DNA from: Escherichia phage KK4
Length of the DNA: 64,000 nucleotides
Reading direction: 5' to 3' (one strand)
Sequence record: OR327750.1
The notes below the pieces were generated by a model. It was given only the letters and a program-made list of their open reading frames with translations, had not been told where the DNA came from and ran no database searches. A program made the position numbers and the translations under genes. Positions 8,877 through 19,169 of this stretch are shown here, one piece after another; the stretch's first letter is position 1, and every line of letters begins with the position of its first letter.

Positions 8877-10645
8877 AAAAGCCACAAGAAATGCAAACGA
8901 TGCGTAGAAAAGTTATTTCAGATAATAAACCAACACAGGAAGCGGCTAAATCCGCTTCTAACACTTTATCTGGACTTAATGATATATCTACGAAATTGGA
9001 TGATGCTCAAGCTGCTTCTGAATTAATAGCTCAAACTGTCGAAGAAAAATCGAATGAAATAGTTGGAGCAATTGGTAACGTAGAAAGCGCAGTGAGTGAT
9101 ACTACTGCCGGTTCTGAGTTAATTGCTGAAACTGTCGAAATTGGCAACAATATTAATAAAGAAATCGGTGAATCACTAGGAAGCAAATTAGATAAATTAA
9201 CAAGTTTACTAGAGCAAAAAATTCAGACAGCTGGAATTCAACAGACTGGGACTAGTTTAGCCACAGTTGAAAGCGCTATTCCTGTTAAAGTCGTTGAGGA
9301 TGATACTGCTGAATCTGTGGGTCCTTTATTACCGGCTCCCGAAGCAGTTAATAATGATCCTGACGCTGATTTTTTCCCTACCCCTCAACCAGTTGAGCCA
9401 AAGCAAGAATCGCCAGAAGAAAAACAGAAAAAAGAAGCATTTAACTTAAAATTATCTCAAGCTTTAGATAAATTAACAAAGACTGTTGATTTTGGATTTA
9501 AAAAATCCATTTCAATTAGTGATAAAATATCAAGCATGTTATTTAAGTACACCATCAGTGCTGCTATTGAAGCCGCTAAAATGACTGCAATGATATTGGC
9601 TGTTGTTGTTGGAATAGATTTGCTGATGGTTCACTTTAAATATTGGTCAGATAAATTTTCAAAAGCCTGGGATTTATTTAATACTGACTTTACTAAATTC
9701 TCTAGCGAAACCGGAACTTGGGGTCCTTTATTACAGAGCATCTTTGATTCTATTGATAAAATTAAACAACTTTGGGAAGCGGGAGATTGGGGTGGATTGA
9801 CAGCAGCTATCGTAGAAGGACTCGGAAGTGTTCTTTTTAATTTAGGAGAGCTTATTCAATTAGGTATGGCTAAATTATCTGCTGCAATTCTTCGAGTCAT
9901 TCCTGGTATGAAGGATACCGCTGATGAAGTAGAAGGAAGAGCATTGGAAAATTTCCAAAATTCTACTGGAGCATCTCTCAATAAAGAAGACCAAGAAAAA
10001 GTTGCAAATTATCAAGATAAACGAATGAATGGAGACCTTGGTCCGATAGCAAAAGGATTAGATAAAATTGCTAATTGGAAAACTCGTGCATCTAATTGGA
10101 TTCGTGGGGTTGATAATAAAGAAGCACTAACTACCGACGAAGAACGTGCAGCAGAAGAAGAAAAATTAAAGCAGCTTTCACCTGAAGAAAGAAAAAATGC
10201 TTTAATGAAGGCTAATGAAGCACGTGCCGCGATGATTCGTTTTGAAAAATATGCTGATTCAGCTGATATGAGTAAAGACTCAACGGTTAAATCAGTTGAA
10301 GCTGCCTATGAAGACCTTAAAAAACGGATGGATGACCCGGATTTAAATAATTCACCGGCAGTTAAAAAAGAACTTACTGCTAGATTTTCTAAAATTGATG
10401 CTACTTATCAAGAGCTCAAGAAAAATCAGCCTAATGCCAAACCTGAAACTTCTGCTAAATCGCCAGAAGCAAAACAAGTCCAGGTAATAGAAAAGAACAA
10501 AGCACAGCAAGCTCCTGTTCAACAAGCATCTCCTTCAATCAATAATACTAATAATGTTATTAAGAAAAATACTGTCGTTCATAATATGACACCCGTAACG
10601 AGCACGACTGCTCCTGGTGTATTTGGCGCGACTGGAGTTAATTAA
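8873..10645 (+). CDS. 29: gp29, tail tube length determinant (tape measure) and baseplate hub protein
   Basis: 590-aa ORF, T4 position and length; coiled-coil-rich. Confidence 0.9.
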   Translation: MKKPQEMQTMRRKVISDNKPTQEAAKSASNTLSGLNDISTKLDDAQAASELIAQTVEEKSNEIVGAIGNVESAVSDTTAGSELIAETVEIGNNINKEIGESLGSKLDKLTSLLEQKIQTAGIQQTGTSLATVESAIPVKVVEDDTAESVGPLLPAPEAVNNDPDADFFPTPQPVEPKQESPEEKQKKEAFNLKLSQALDKLTKTVDFGFKKSISISDKISSMLFKYTISAAIEAAKMTAMILAVVVGIDLLMVHFKYWSDKFSKAWDLFNTDFTKFSSETGTWGPLLQSIFDSIDKIKQLWEAGDWGGLTAAIVEGLGSVLFNLGELIQLGMAKLSAAILRVIPGMKDTADEVEGRALENFQNSTGASLNKEDQEKVANYQDKRMNGDLGPIAKGLDKIANWKTRASNWIRGVDNKEALTTDEERAAEEEKLKQLSPEERKNALMKANEARAAMIRFEKYADSADMSKDSTVKSVEAAYEDLKKRMDDPDLNNSPAVKKELTARFSKIDATYQELKKNQPNAKPETSAKSPEAKQVQVIEKNKAQQAPVQQASPSINNTNNVIKKNTVVHNMTPVTSTTAPGVFGATGVN

Positions 10646-10653
10646 GGAATAAT

Positions 10654-11748
10654 ATGGCAATTGTTAAAGAAATAACTGCTGATTTAATTAAAAAGTCTGG
10701 TGAGAAAATTTCAGCCGGGCAGAGTACTAAATCAGAAGTAGGAACTAAAACATACACAGCCCAGTTTCCAACTGGGCGTGCTAGTGGTAATGACACTACA
10801 GGGGACTTCCAGGTAACAGATCTATATAAGAATGGATTATTATTTACTGCATACAATATGTCATCTAGGGATTCTGGAAGTCTTAGATCGATGAGATCTA
10901 ACTACTCTTCTTCATCTTCGAGTATTTTACGTACAGCCAGAAACACTATTAGTAGTACAGTATCAAAACTATCAAATGGATTAATATCAAATAATAATTC
11001 AGGAACAATAAGTAAAGCTCCTATCGCAAACATTCTTTTACCGAGATCTAAATCTGATGTTGATACATCATCACATAGATTTAATGATGTTCAAGAAAGC
11101 CTTATCAGTAGAGGCGGAGGTACTGCTACTGGAGTGCTAAGTAATATTGCTTCAACCGCAGTATTTGGGGCGCTGGAAAGTATAACACAAGGTATAATGG
11201 CTGATAATAATGAACAGATTTATACGACAGCCAGAAGTATGTATGGTGGTGCTGAAAATAGAACTAAAGTGTTTACATGGGATTTGACTCCACGTTCAAC
11301 AGAAGATTTAATGGCTATTATTAATATCTATCAATATTTTAACTATTTTTCTTATGGTGAAACGGGTAAATCTCAATATGCTGCTGAAATAAAGGGGTAT
11401 TTAGATGATTGGTATCGTTCTACGTTAATTGAACCTTTATCTCCAGAAGACGCAGCTAAAAATAAAACACTATTTGAGAAAATGACATCGAGCTTAACTA
11501 ACGTTCTAGTGGTTTCAAACCCGACAATTTGGATGGTGAAAAACTTTGGTGCAACATCTAAGTTTGATGGAAAAACGGAAATATTTGGCCCATGTCAAAT
11601 CCAGAGTATCAGATTTGACAAAACACCTAATGGTAACTTTAACGGATTAGCTATTGCTCCAAACCTCCCTAGTACATTTACTCTCGAGATTACTATGAGA
11701 GAAATTATCACGTTAAACCGTGCTTCTTTATATGCGGGGACTTTTTAA
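10654..11748 (+). CDS. 48: gp48, baseplate tail-tube junction protein
   Basis: 364-aa ORF, T4 position and length. Confidence 0.9.
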   Translation: MAIVKEITADLIKKSGEKISAGQSTKSEVGTKTYTAQFPTGRASGNDTTGDFQVTDLYKNGLLFTAYNMSSRDSGSLRSMRSNYSSSSSSILRTARNTISSTVSKLSNGLISNNNSGTISKAPIANILLPRSKSDVDTSSHRFNDVQESLISRGGGTATGVLSNIASTAVFGALESITQGIMADNNEQIYTTARSMYGGAENRTKVFTWDLTPRSTEDLMAIINIYQYFNYFSYGETGKSQYAAEIKGYLDDWYRSTLIEPLSPEDAAKNKTLFEKMTSSLTNVLVVSNPTIWMVKNFGATSKFDGKTEIFGPCQIQSIRFDKTPNGNFNGLAIAPNLPSTFTLEITMREIITLNRASLYAGTF

Positions 11749-12713
11749 TGTATTCTTTAGAGGAATTTAATAATCAAGCAATAAACGCAGATTTCCAACG
11801 TAATAATATGTTTAGCTGCGTTTTTGCAACAACTCCATCAACTAAAAGCTCTTCGTTGATAAGTTCAATTAGCAACTTTTCTTATAATAACTTGGGCCTA
11901 AATTCAGATTGGCTAGGATTAACTCAAGGTGATATTAATCAGGGAATTACCACGCTAATTACAGCTGGCACACAAAAACTGATAAGAAAATCAGGGGTTA
12001 GTAAATATCTTATTGGTGCCATGAGTCAACGTACAGTTCAAAGTTTATTAGGCTCATTTACAGTTGGTACATATTTAATTGACTTCTTTAACATGGCATA
12101 TAACTCATCTGGATTGATGATATATTCTGTAAAAATGCCAGAGAATAGATTATCCTATGAAACTGACTGGAACTATAATTCTCCTAATATTCGTATAACT
12201 GGAAGAGAATTAGACCCTTTGGTTATTTCATTTAGAATGGATTCAGAAGCTTGTAACTATCGTGCAATGCAAGACTGGGTTAACTCTGTTCAAGACCCAG
12301 TAACTGGATTACGTGCTTTGCCACAAGATGTCGAGGCAGATATTCAGGTTAATCTTCATTCTCGTAATGGATTGCCTCATACTGCGGTGATGTTCACCGG
12401 ATGCATTCCAGTGTCAGTGAGCGCTCCTGAGTTATCATATGATGGAGATAACCAAATAACTACATTTGATGTTACTTTTGCGTATAGAGTCATGCAGGCT
12501 GGAGCAGTTGATAGACAAGCTGCGCTTGAATGGCTTGAATCTGCTGCTATAAATGGTATTCAAAGCGTTCTCGGAAATAGTGGAGGTGTTACTGGACTAT
12601 CTAATTCGCTTTCACGACTTAGTAGATTAGGAGGGACTGCAGGAAGCATTTCAAACATTAATACTATGACAGGGATTGTCAATTCACAGAGTAAAATATT
12701 AGGAGCAATATAA
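11748..12713 (+). CDS. 54: gp54, baseplate tail-tube initiator
   Basis: 321-aa ORF, T4 position and length. Confidence 0.9.
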   Translation: MYSLEEFNNQAINADFQRNNMFSCVFATTPSTKSSSLISSISNFSYNNLGLNSDWLGLTQGDINQGITTLITAGTQKLIRKSGVSKYLIGAMSQRTVQSLLGSFTVGTYLIDFFNMAYNSSGLMIYSVKMPENRLSYETDWNYNSPNIRITGRELDPLVISFRMDSEACNYRAMQDWVNSVQDPVTGLRALPQDVEADIQVNLHSRNGLPHTAVMFTGCIPVSVSAPELSYDGDNQITTFDVTFAYRVMQAGAVDRQAALEWLESAAINGIQSVLGNSGGVTGLSNSLSRLSRLGGTAGSISNINTMTGIVNSQSKILGAI

Positions 12714-12717
12714 CAAT

Positions 12718-12747
12718 GGGGACCTTTCGGTCCCCATATTTTTATTT
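12718..12747 (+). terminator. Intrinsic terminator after gene 54 (GGGGACC-UUUC-GGUCCCC hairpin plus U-tract)
   Basis: Perfect 7-bp stem with tetraloop followed by ATATTTTTATTT, 5 nt after the gene 54 stop. Confidence 0.7.
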
Positions 12748-13032
12748 ACGGAATGAAATGAAAGCAGCAACTGAAGCAACTAAACTGTCTTCAATATAAA
12801 CTTCAATTTTTACCGGAGCTTCTGACTCAAATTTACCTGTTACTACACCTTGGAAAATACTTTCAGTTTGTTCTGGCTTTGAAAAATTTTCAGAAGGAAA
12901 AATTCCGAACTTTTTATCTGTTCCAAAAATTTTAATAAATTCATCGTAAACTGCTTCATTAAAAGCATTATCAGCAGGAATAACGCCTTCAACTACAAGT
13001 TCTTGACCTAAAAAGCGCAAAGAAGATTTCAT
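12742..13032 (-). CDS. Hypothetical early protein (position of T4 alt.-3)
   Basis: 96-aa ORF preceded by a GAGGAA ribosome-binding site and an early promoter. Confidence 0.6.
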   Translation of the reverse strand: MKSSLRFLGQELVVEGVIPADNAFNEAVYDEFIKIFGTDKKFGIFPSENFSKPEQTESIFQGVVTGKFESEAPVKIEVYIEDSLVASVAAFISFRK

Positions 13033-13047
13033 TTTGTGTTCCTCATG

Positions 13048-13093
13048 TTATGTCAGTAAGACTACTATAACACAACATAAGGAACTTGTAAAC
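13048..13093 (-). promoter_or_regulatory. T4 early promoter (GTTTAC -35, ~18 nt spacer, TATAGT -10)
   Basis: Minus-strand GTTTACAAGTTCCTTATGTTGTGTTATAGT directly upstream of the 96-aa ORF. Confidence 0.5.
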
Positions 13094-15150
13094 TACATTT
13101 TGAACTTTTTAGACATTCCGTTGATGTTAACCAAAGAAGCCAAGATTTGAGAAACTTCGTTTTCCTCTTCTTTTGATTCTTCTACAAGGAATTGATTAAA
13201 TCCAGCCATTGGACGAACTTCACCAGTTTCCATTAAATGGTCTCCATCATATACTGATTCTTCTAATTGTTCAGAAGGAGGAACGATTGTACCTTCGATT
13301 AGATACTTGTTATAAGCAGTTTCTTTCATAAAGTACGTACTTACTTTATTAATCTTTAGTAAAATTCCACGCGGTAGAATAACTTCAGCTTCTGATGGAA
13401 ATCCTGATAAATGACCTGGAACGATAACTTTGATTCGCTCAGCTCCTTCAATTACCATACCCACGCTAGTTTCAGCATCTTCATTAGCATATGTAGAATG
13501 ACTACCCATATGCATCAAATCTTCTGCATCAACGGAACCTTCTCCTTCGCCAGAAAATACTGCGCCGGAATCATCTAGAGCCATATAGTTTTTACCGTGC
13601 TCACCGAAGATATTTGGTTTAAGCGATGTAGATACGAAGTTCTTGAAATAGAACATTTTGTTTTCAATGTTATGACGCAAAGTTTTAAAGGTAACTTCTT
13701 GTCCGCGATAAAGCGTAGTTCCTGGAGGAAGAACTGAACCTTTAGCGAATGCAGAATCCAACGTCTCGATGTGCTTAATAGCACGTTCCATATATTCTTC
13801 ACGGGTAGAATCTGGTTTACCCAAAAGGAACGAGTTCATTTCAACATATGAATCTGCGCAATAATCTTCAATTACGTCAGATTCAGCTTGAGTTAATCCT
13901 TTTGGAGTTACTTCAGTACTTGCGTATTCATATGCCTGGGCAGCAGATTCATTAATTAATTTATAAATGCCATTCATTACAAATTGAATAATAGCTGTCT
14001 TTTCATCTGGCGTGGCTTTAGAACCTTTAACTAAATCATTAATAATTTTCTTAATAACATCAAAGCTATTAGAAATATTAATATCAGCAAGATCGCTTAA
14101 AATTTTATCAGTTTTATAATCAAAGAATTCTTTATTCTTTAAATATTCTTGAGAACCTTGATATGTTATATCGCTCTGCAACTTGATAGATGGATCACGT
14201 AAACGTGCATGGGCCAATGCAATATGATTTCGGAAGCTTTCTAGTTCATAATCGTTAGATTTAAAACGAGAAGCACTTCTCATACCACCGATAGCTCCTT
14301 TGCTGAAGTTTGAACCAATCTGGATAACGCCAGAGTTCATCGGACCTTCTGCTTTATATACCGGAACTTTAGATTCAAACTCTTGATATTTCTTGGCAGC
14401 GAAGCTATCACCCTGAAGTGAAGCATCAACAGTAGAATATTGAGCTTGTGCTGCTAATCGACGACTGATTTTAGTTTTCTGAATAACAGCTTGGTCCGTG
14501 CGCTTATCATTTTCTAAAGCAATAGAAGCAGCAACAGCAACAGCTTTAGGAACAGCATTACCTGTTTTAACGTCTACATAAACATCACCGACCTTTGATT
14601 CAACTTTTGTGAATAACTCAGTTGAAATAGGAGGTACACCTGGAATGTCTTCTAAATTGGCATTTTTACGGTAAACCATAATATATGCATATTTCTTATC
14701 ATAGTCCCAGATTTCCTTTAAAAGAACATATCGACCTGCTCCTTTAGTACGTACTAAACGGTCAGCAATAACTTGCATTTGACGAGCTGCACCATTTGTT
14801 TTACTCTTTAGTACACGGAATAAGCACGCGTCAATTTTATACTGCTTCATTGTTTGAAGAGCAGTATCAAAAACAGCATTAATGACGCCAATTGGATTTC
14901 CACCCAAGTTTCTAAGCTTAACCAGCGATAATTTCTCGTTGACACCTATCATTACGATATGCATCATTTTATCGCCTGGCTTAACGTTTTTATTTGTATC
15001 ACCGCCAGAGGTGTATGTACAAAATCTAAATCCAGAAAGCACACTTTCTTCGCCGGCTTGAATAGCAAAAATTTGTGGTATTTTATGCTTAGGATTTAAG
15101 TTAACAACCGGCGCCGAAGCGCCGTCAAATAATTCTGTAATGAGTTCCAT
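13093..15150 (-). CDS. Alt-family ADP-ribosyltransferase paralogue, 685 aa (position of T4 alt.-2/alt.-1), with capsid-targeting N-terminus
   Basis: N-terminus MELITELFDGA… and central region parallel Alt; C-terminal domain has R (LYRGQ), STS and ExE (EAEV) catalytic motifs. Confidence 0.85.
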   Translation of the reverse strand: MELITELFDGASAPVVNLNPKHKIPQIFAIQAGEESVLSGFRFCTYTSGGDTNKNVKPGDKMMHIVMIGVNEKLSLVKLRNLGGNPIGVINAVFDTALQTMKQYKIDACLFRVLKSKTNGAARQMQVIADRLVRTKGAGRYVLLKEIWDYDKKYAYIMVYRKNANLEDIPGVPPISTELFTKVESKVGDVYVDVKTGNAVPKAVAVAASIALENDKRTDQAVIQKTKISRRLAAQAQYSTVDASLQGDSFAAKKYQEFESKVPVYKAEGPMNSGVIQIGSNFSKGAIGGMRSASRFKSNDYELESFRNHIALAHARLRDPSIKLQSDITYQGSQEYLKNKEFFDYKTDKILSDLADINISNSFDVIKKIINDLVKGSKATPDEKTAIIQFVMNGIYKLINESAAQAYEYASTEVTPKGLTQAESDVIEDYCADSYVEMNSFLLGKPDSTREEYMERAIKHIETLDSAFAKGSVLPPGTTLYRGQEVTFKTLRHNIENKMFYFKNFVSTSLKPNIFGEHGKNYMALDDSGAVFSGEGEGSVDAEDLMHMGSHSTYANEDAETSVGMVIEGAERIKVIVPGHLSGFPSEAEVILPRGILLKINKVSTYFMKETAYNKYLIEGTIVPPSEQLEESVYDGDHLMETGEVRPMAGFNQFLVEESKEEENEVSQILASLVNINGMSKKFKM

Positions 15151-15153
15151 GAT

Positions 15154-17205
15154 TTATCCTTGAACGAACTTGTAAGGCATGTTTGCAATATCTATACAAG
15201 ACGCAATAATTCCAAGAGATGATTCTACTTTCTGTTTAACATTTGATGAAACAAATGATGCAAAGTCAACTCTATCTTCTATATCACCTGTCATTGTAAC
15301 TACTTCGCCGGTTTCCATTAAACGGTCACCGTCATAAATTACTGATTCGGTGAGTTCTTCGGTGGTCATAACTTCAGCTTGAATAAGCTTGTTGTTAGTT
15401 TTGACTGTTCCATCATTGTAAGATGCATCAGTTATTTTATTAACTTTGACCATTAATCCACGTGGCAAAATGACTTCCATTTCATTTGAAGGCGCTAAAC
15501 TTCCACCGGGTAAAACAACATTGACTTTATCAGCCCCAGTAATAACCCATCCAATTCCGACTAAATTATCGCTAGAATTAACAAGCCCTTCATCATTTTT
15601 ATCGATAGAAATGTTTAGACGCTTTTCATCTGGTAAAACACCAACAGCTGAATCAGTCATCCAAGTACCAAAAATGTTTGGATATAATGATGTTGATACA
15701 AAATTTCTAAAATAAAAAACTCGATTTTTTACCATTGCTTCGTATATTGAAGGTAACATTCGTTGTGAACGATACAAAGTAATACCTTTTGGTAATCGTT
15801 CACCATTTTTAAAGGCTGAATCTAAATTATCAATAGCTTTTTCTATGTCAGATGCTGTCAAAATACTTGTACGCTCATCTGGATTATATAATCCCAAAAG
15901 AGCATTATTTATGTCTACATATCCTGAACCTACGTATTCACGAATTCCGCGTTTTTGTGCTGGTGTGTATTTAGATGAATCTTTATTTTCGACTATAGGA
16001 TGTAATGACCATCCAGCTGTAAGAGCATATCCACGTAATTCTCTTCGAATAATCTTTGTTTTTATTGCATTCCAAGAATTTTGTACTAACTCATTTGCAG
16101 CATCTTGGTTTAAATGCGAATGTTTGTTAATATTTCTTTCAAACCAAGCACCTTTATATTTTTCTAAAGTATCATCGACGATAGAAGCAATAGTTTCTAA
16201 AGTTTTTATTGAAGTAATAGATTCTTTTCGTAATTTTTCTAAAGCTTTATTTTTTATTTCTGCATTAATAATGGATTCTTTATCTTCAGGAATTATAGAA
16301 GCTTCTCTGAATGCCATCCCAGCTGTAACACTGCTAAGAGCATTCTCTAGTGCAAATCCTGAAGTAGAAATTACCGTTAATTCATTAGAATCAGAAATTA
16401 AAGGCGCATCAGCGGGTTTATTTAATTCTGCTGCTGAAGCCTCAAATTTTTGAAACATCGGTGTTTCAAATCTAGAAGATTCCAATGACTGACTTTGTGC
16501 AATTGCTCTACGGGAAATTTTAACTTTAACGATTACAGCTTGGTCAGAACGTTTATCATTTTCTTGTGCAATAGATGCTGCAATTGCCTCATTTTTGGTT
16601 ACTTGAGCTCCGGTATCTTTATTGATATAAACATCACCGACCTTCGATTCAACTTTAGTAAAGAGCTCGGTACTAATTTCCGGAACTCCTGGAATGTCTT
16701 CTAGTGATACATTTTTGCGATGTATAAGAATATATGCATACTTTTTATCATAATCCCAGAGTTCCTTAAGAAGGACGTATCTGCCACCTGAACGACTACG
16801 GATAAGTCTATCAGCAATAACTTGAATTTGTCGAGCTTGACCAGCGGTTTTAGACTTAAGAATACGAAGCATACAAGCATCAATTTTATACTGACGCATT
16901 GTTTGCATTGCAACAGTAAAAACTGAATTGATATAATTAATTGGGCTTGGACCAAGACCTTTTAATTTAGCAATTGAACCTTTAGCGGTTAATGTAAAAG
17001 GAACAATATGCATCATTTTATCGCCCATTTTTAAATCGCGATTAGTATCACCTCCAGATGTATAAGTACATAAACGAAAGCCTGGTTGTTCAATTGCATC
17101 ATCAACATGAACTGAAAAAATTTGCGGTATTTTCTTCTTTGGATTTAAGTTTGTAATCGGAAGAGTAGTATCTTCGTCAAATAATTCTGTAATAAGTTCC
17201 ATCAT
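15154..17205 (-). CDS. alt: Alt, capsid-packaged ADP-ribosyltransferase that modifies host RNA polymerase
   Basis: 683-aa ORF matching recalled T4 Alt; R-S-E motifs LYRSQ, STS, EMEV. Confidence 0.92.
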   Translation of the reverse strand: MMELITELFDEDTTLPITNLNPKKKIPQIFSVHVDDAIEQPGFRLCTYTSGGDTNRDLKMGDKMMHIVPFTLTAKGSIAKLKGLGPSPINYINSVFTVAMQTMRQYKIDACMLRILKSKTAGQARQIQVIADRLIRSRSGGRYVLLKELWDYDKKYAYILIHRKNVSLEDIPGVPEISTELFTKVESKVGDVYINKDTGAQVTKNEAIAASIAQENDKRSDQAVIVKVKISRRAIAQSQSLESSRFETPMFQKFEASAAELNKPADAPLISDSNELTVISTSGFALENALSSVTAGMAFREASIIPEDKESIINAEIKNKALEKLRKESITSIKTLETIASIVDDTLEKYKGAWFERNINKHSHLNQDAANELVQNSWNAIKTKIIRRELRGYALTAGWSLHPIVENKDSSKYTPAQKRGIREYVGSGYVDINNALLGLYNPDERTSILTASDIEKAIDNLDSAFKNGERLPKGITLYRSQRMLPSIYEAMVKNRVFYFRNFVSTSLYPNIFGTWMTDSAVGVLPDEKRLNISIDKNDEGLVNSSDNLVGIGWVITGADKVNVVLPGGSLAPSNEMEVILPRGLMVKVNKITDASYNDGTVKTNNKLIQAEVMTTEELTESVIYDGDRLMETGEVVTMTGDIEDRVDFASFVSSNVKQKVESSLGIIASCIDIANMPYKFVQG

Positions 17206-17225
17206 AGCCTCTCTAGTGTTTATTC

Positions 17226-17256
17226 TATTTATAAAATTAAAGGCCCGAAGGCCTTT
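17226..17256 (-). promoter_or_regulatory. Late promoter (TATAAATA) for alt preceded by an AGGCC-UUCG-GGCCU hairpin
   Basis: Minus-strand TATAAATA at 17233-17226; hairpin at 17241-17255 between the 62-aa ORF and alt. Confidence 0.55.
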
Positions 17257-17443
17257 AGTAATCTAGTGGTAAGAGAGTACGATATATTTCAAACTTTGGT
17301 CCTTTTTCATAGGCATCAAATGTTTCTGTAAATTTATTATAAGCGTATGCATCTACAAATTCGAGAATGACTTGTGATACAGAAGTAGAAACATCTCCAC
17401 CTTCTTTTTGAGCAATGACAATTGTTTCTAAGTAAGCTTTCAT
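17255..17443 (-). CDS. Hypothetical small protein, 62 aa, translationally coupled to the ligase gene
   Basis: ATGA start/stop overlap with the gene 30 stop. Confidence 0.5.
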   Translation of the reverse strand: MKAYLETIVIAQKEGGDVSTSVSQVILEFVDAYAYNKFTETFDAYEKGPKFEIYRTLLPLDY

Positions 17444-18903
17444 AAACCAGTTACCTCATGAAAATCACCAAATACATCCTCGAATGTATTAGCTTTAGTT
17501 TTATCTTCACGTAAACGAATCGCAATCGGAAGAAATAATTTAACGTAATCAGTGCGGCCATCAGATTTTAACCAACCGTTGCATTCGCACTCTAGAATTT
17601 TTCCAATATAATAATTTTGGTTTTCCATAATGCGAGTACGGTCAAGTTCATGCGATTTTACACCGGCTTTATCTTTTAAGCCTGAACCAGCATTTACCTT
17701 AATTTTTCCACACTCTGATTCAAGAATAAATCCACCCGCTTTAGTAGGGTCTTTACGGTGAGGATAAATTCCTACAATTTTTAAATCAACATCAATTACT
17801 TCTTTAAATTTATAGAGATTTTTTGAACGAGCATTTTCCCACAATCCATCGGTATTTTTGAGAATAATACCTTCAAGACCTTGGTCAATATACTTTTTAT
17901 AAATTACCTTAGCTTCATCTAGGTTATTTACTACCTGGTTTTCAATTAAAATTACTTTATCATAACCTGATGTCATTTGTTCTAGTTTAGAAAAACGTAC
18001 ATCATATTTCAAACGAAATGCAGGAAGACCGTATATTTCTACCAACGGGACATAATCCCAGACCTGAAACTTCATGCATTGAGCTTCTTTTTCAGAAATG
18101 GTTCCCTTTAAAGATTTATTGGCGATGCCATTAGATGCAGTACGTGATTCAGCTACTTCGGCGAATTCTTTAGCTTTACTAATTTCAGGATAAGCATCAA
18201 AAAGAAAATCTAGGCCTTCTGGCTCCTTTTCAACTTGCTCATGGTATACCAATTCGCCATCAATTAACACACCTTCTGGATGAATCTGGCGAGCTTCTGC
18301 AGTCATTTTGATTAACTCTTCCTTAAGAAGATCTAATCCTAGATATTCATTACCAGCTCGTGATAAAAGACGAACATCATCTAATTCATCACCTCTGACT
18401 TCAGCAAAACACCGAGCTCCATCAGCTTTTAACTGGGCAAAGGCTGGAAATTTGATATTCTTATTAATGCCTTTTTCATCATAAGAACTTGCAAGCATTT
18501 GAGGTTGTTCAGGAATTAAACCTGGCCAAACTTTGTTTGCAATAGATACTGAAGCACCGCATTCAAGGTCTCGCATCATCACCCGACGCAAAACTTCAAC
18601 ATCATCTTTTTTACCGTCAGTAATATATCCAGTTAATTCCTCAATTGCCGCATTTCCAGTCAATTTCCGAGTAGCTAACGTGAATTCAATGAAGTCAAGC
18701 ATATCGGTAAGAGTCAACATTCCAAAACTCTGGGTAGCAATACCCGGTTTAGGCCATTTCTTGATATAATACTGTAACCCACGAGAATAAGTCAGACGAT
18801 ATACTCGTTTAAGCAATTCATTATCTTTATTCTTTTCAAGAATTGCTTGCTTCTGCTTAGTTGAACCAATAGATGCTATTTCGTTCAGAATTTTAATAAT
18901 CAT
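17440..18903 (-). CDS. 30: gp30, ATP-dependent DNA ligase
   Basis: 487-aa ORF essentially identical over long stretches to recalled T4 DNA ligase (MI(L/I)KILNEIASIGSTKQKQAILEKNKDNELLKRVYRLTY…). Confidence 0.97.
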   Translation of the reverse strand: MIIKILNEIASIGSTKQKQAILEKNKDNELLKRVYRLTYSRGLQYYIKKWPKPGIATQSFGMLTLTDMLDFIEFTLATRKLTGNAAIEELTGYITDGKKDDVEVLRRVMMRDLECGASVSIANKVWPGLIPEQPQMLASSYDEKGINKNIKFPAFAQLKADGARCFAEVRGDELDDVRLLSRAGNEYLGLDLLKEELIKMTAEARQIHPEGVLIDGELVYHEQVEKEPEGLDFLFDAYPEISKAKEFAEVAESRTASNGIANKSLKGTISEKEAQCMKFQVWDYVPLVEIYGLPAFRLKYDVRFSKLEQMTSGYDKVILIENQVVNNLDEAKVIYKKYIDQGLEGIILKNTDGLWENARSKNLYKFKEVIDVDLKIVGIYPHRKDPTKAGGFILESECGKIKVNAGSGLKDKAGVKSHELDRTRIMENQNYYIGKILECECNGWLKSDGRTDYVKLFLPIAIRLREDKTKANTFEDVFGDFHEVTGL

Positions 18904-19169
18904 TGTTCATCCTTTAGAGTTTGGTTTACAGCTCTATTATAAATCAATTCATCATTAAGCTCAGTCAAAGACCTGCGGTACGTGGTTCTAACTTTATTTC
19001 CTTGCATCCAGTGCTTGACGTAAATGAAACCTTGCTCTACACATTTTTTAAAAATTCGTTCGTCTTTTTGAGCTCGGAATTCTGGATTGCATCTAAAAAA
19101 TTGATTTACGTGACCGTAATCACGTGTAGTATTACCTTCATTTTCATAAATAGTATGAACAACAAACAT
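18900..19169 (-). CDS. Hypothetical protein (30.1 position)
   Basis: 89-aa ORF, ATGA overlap with neighbour. Confidence 0.6.
   Translation of the reverse strand: MFVVHTIYENEGNTTRDYGHVNQFFRCNPEFRAQKDERIFKKCVEQGFIYVKHWMQGNKVRTTYRRSLTELNDELIYNRAVNQTLKDEQ

Noticed and set aside
13575-16955. Several ORFs on either strand inside the two Alt-family genes (13575-13802, 15446-15715, 15845-16453, 16495-16704, 16701-16955)
   Set aside because: All overlap the long, recognisable Alt-family frames; none has start signals, and the translations are low-complexity.
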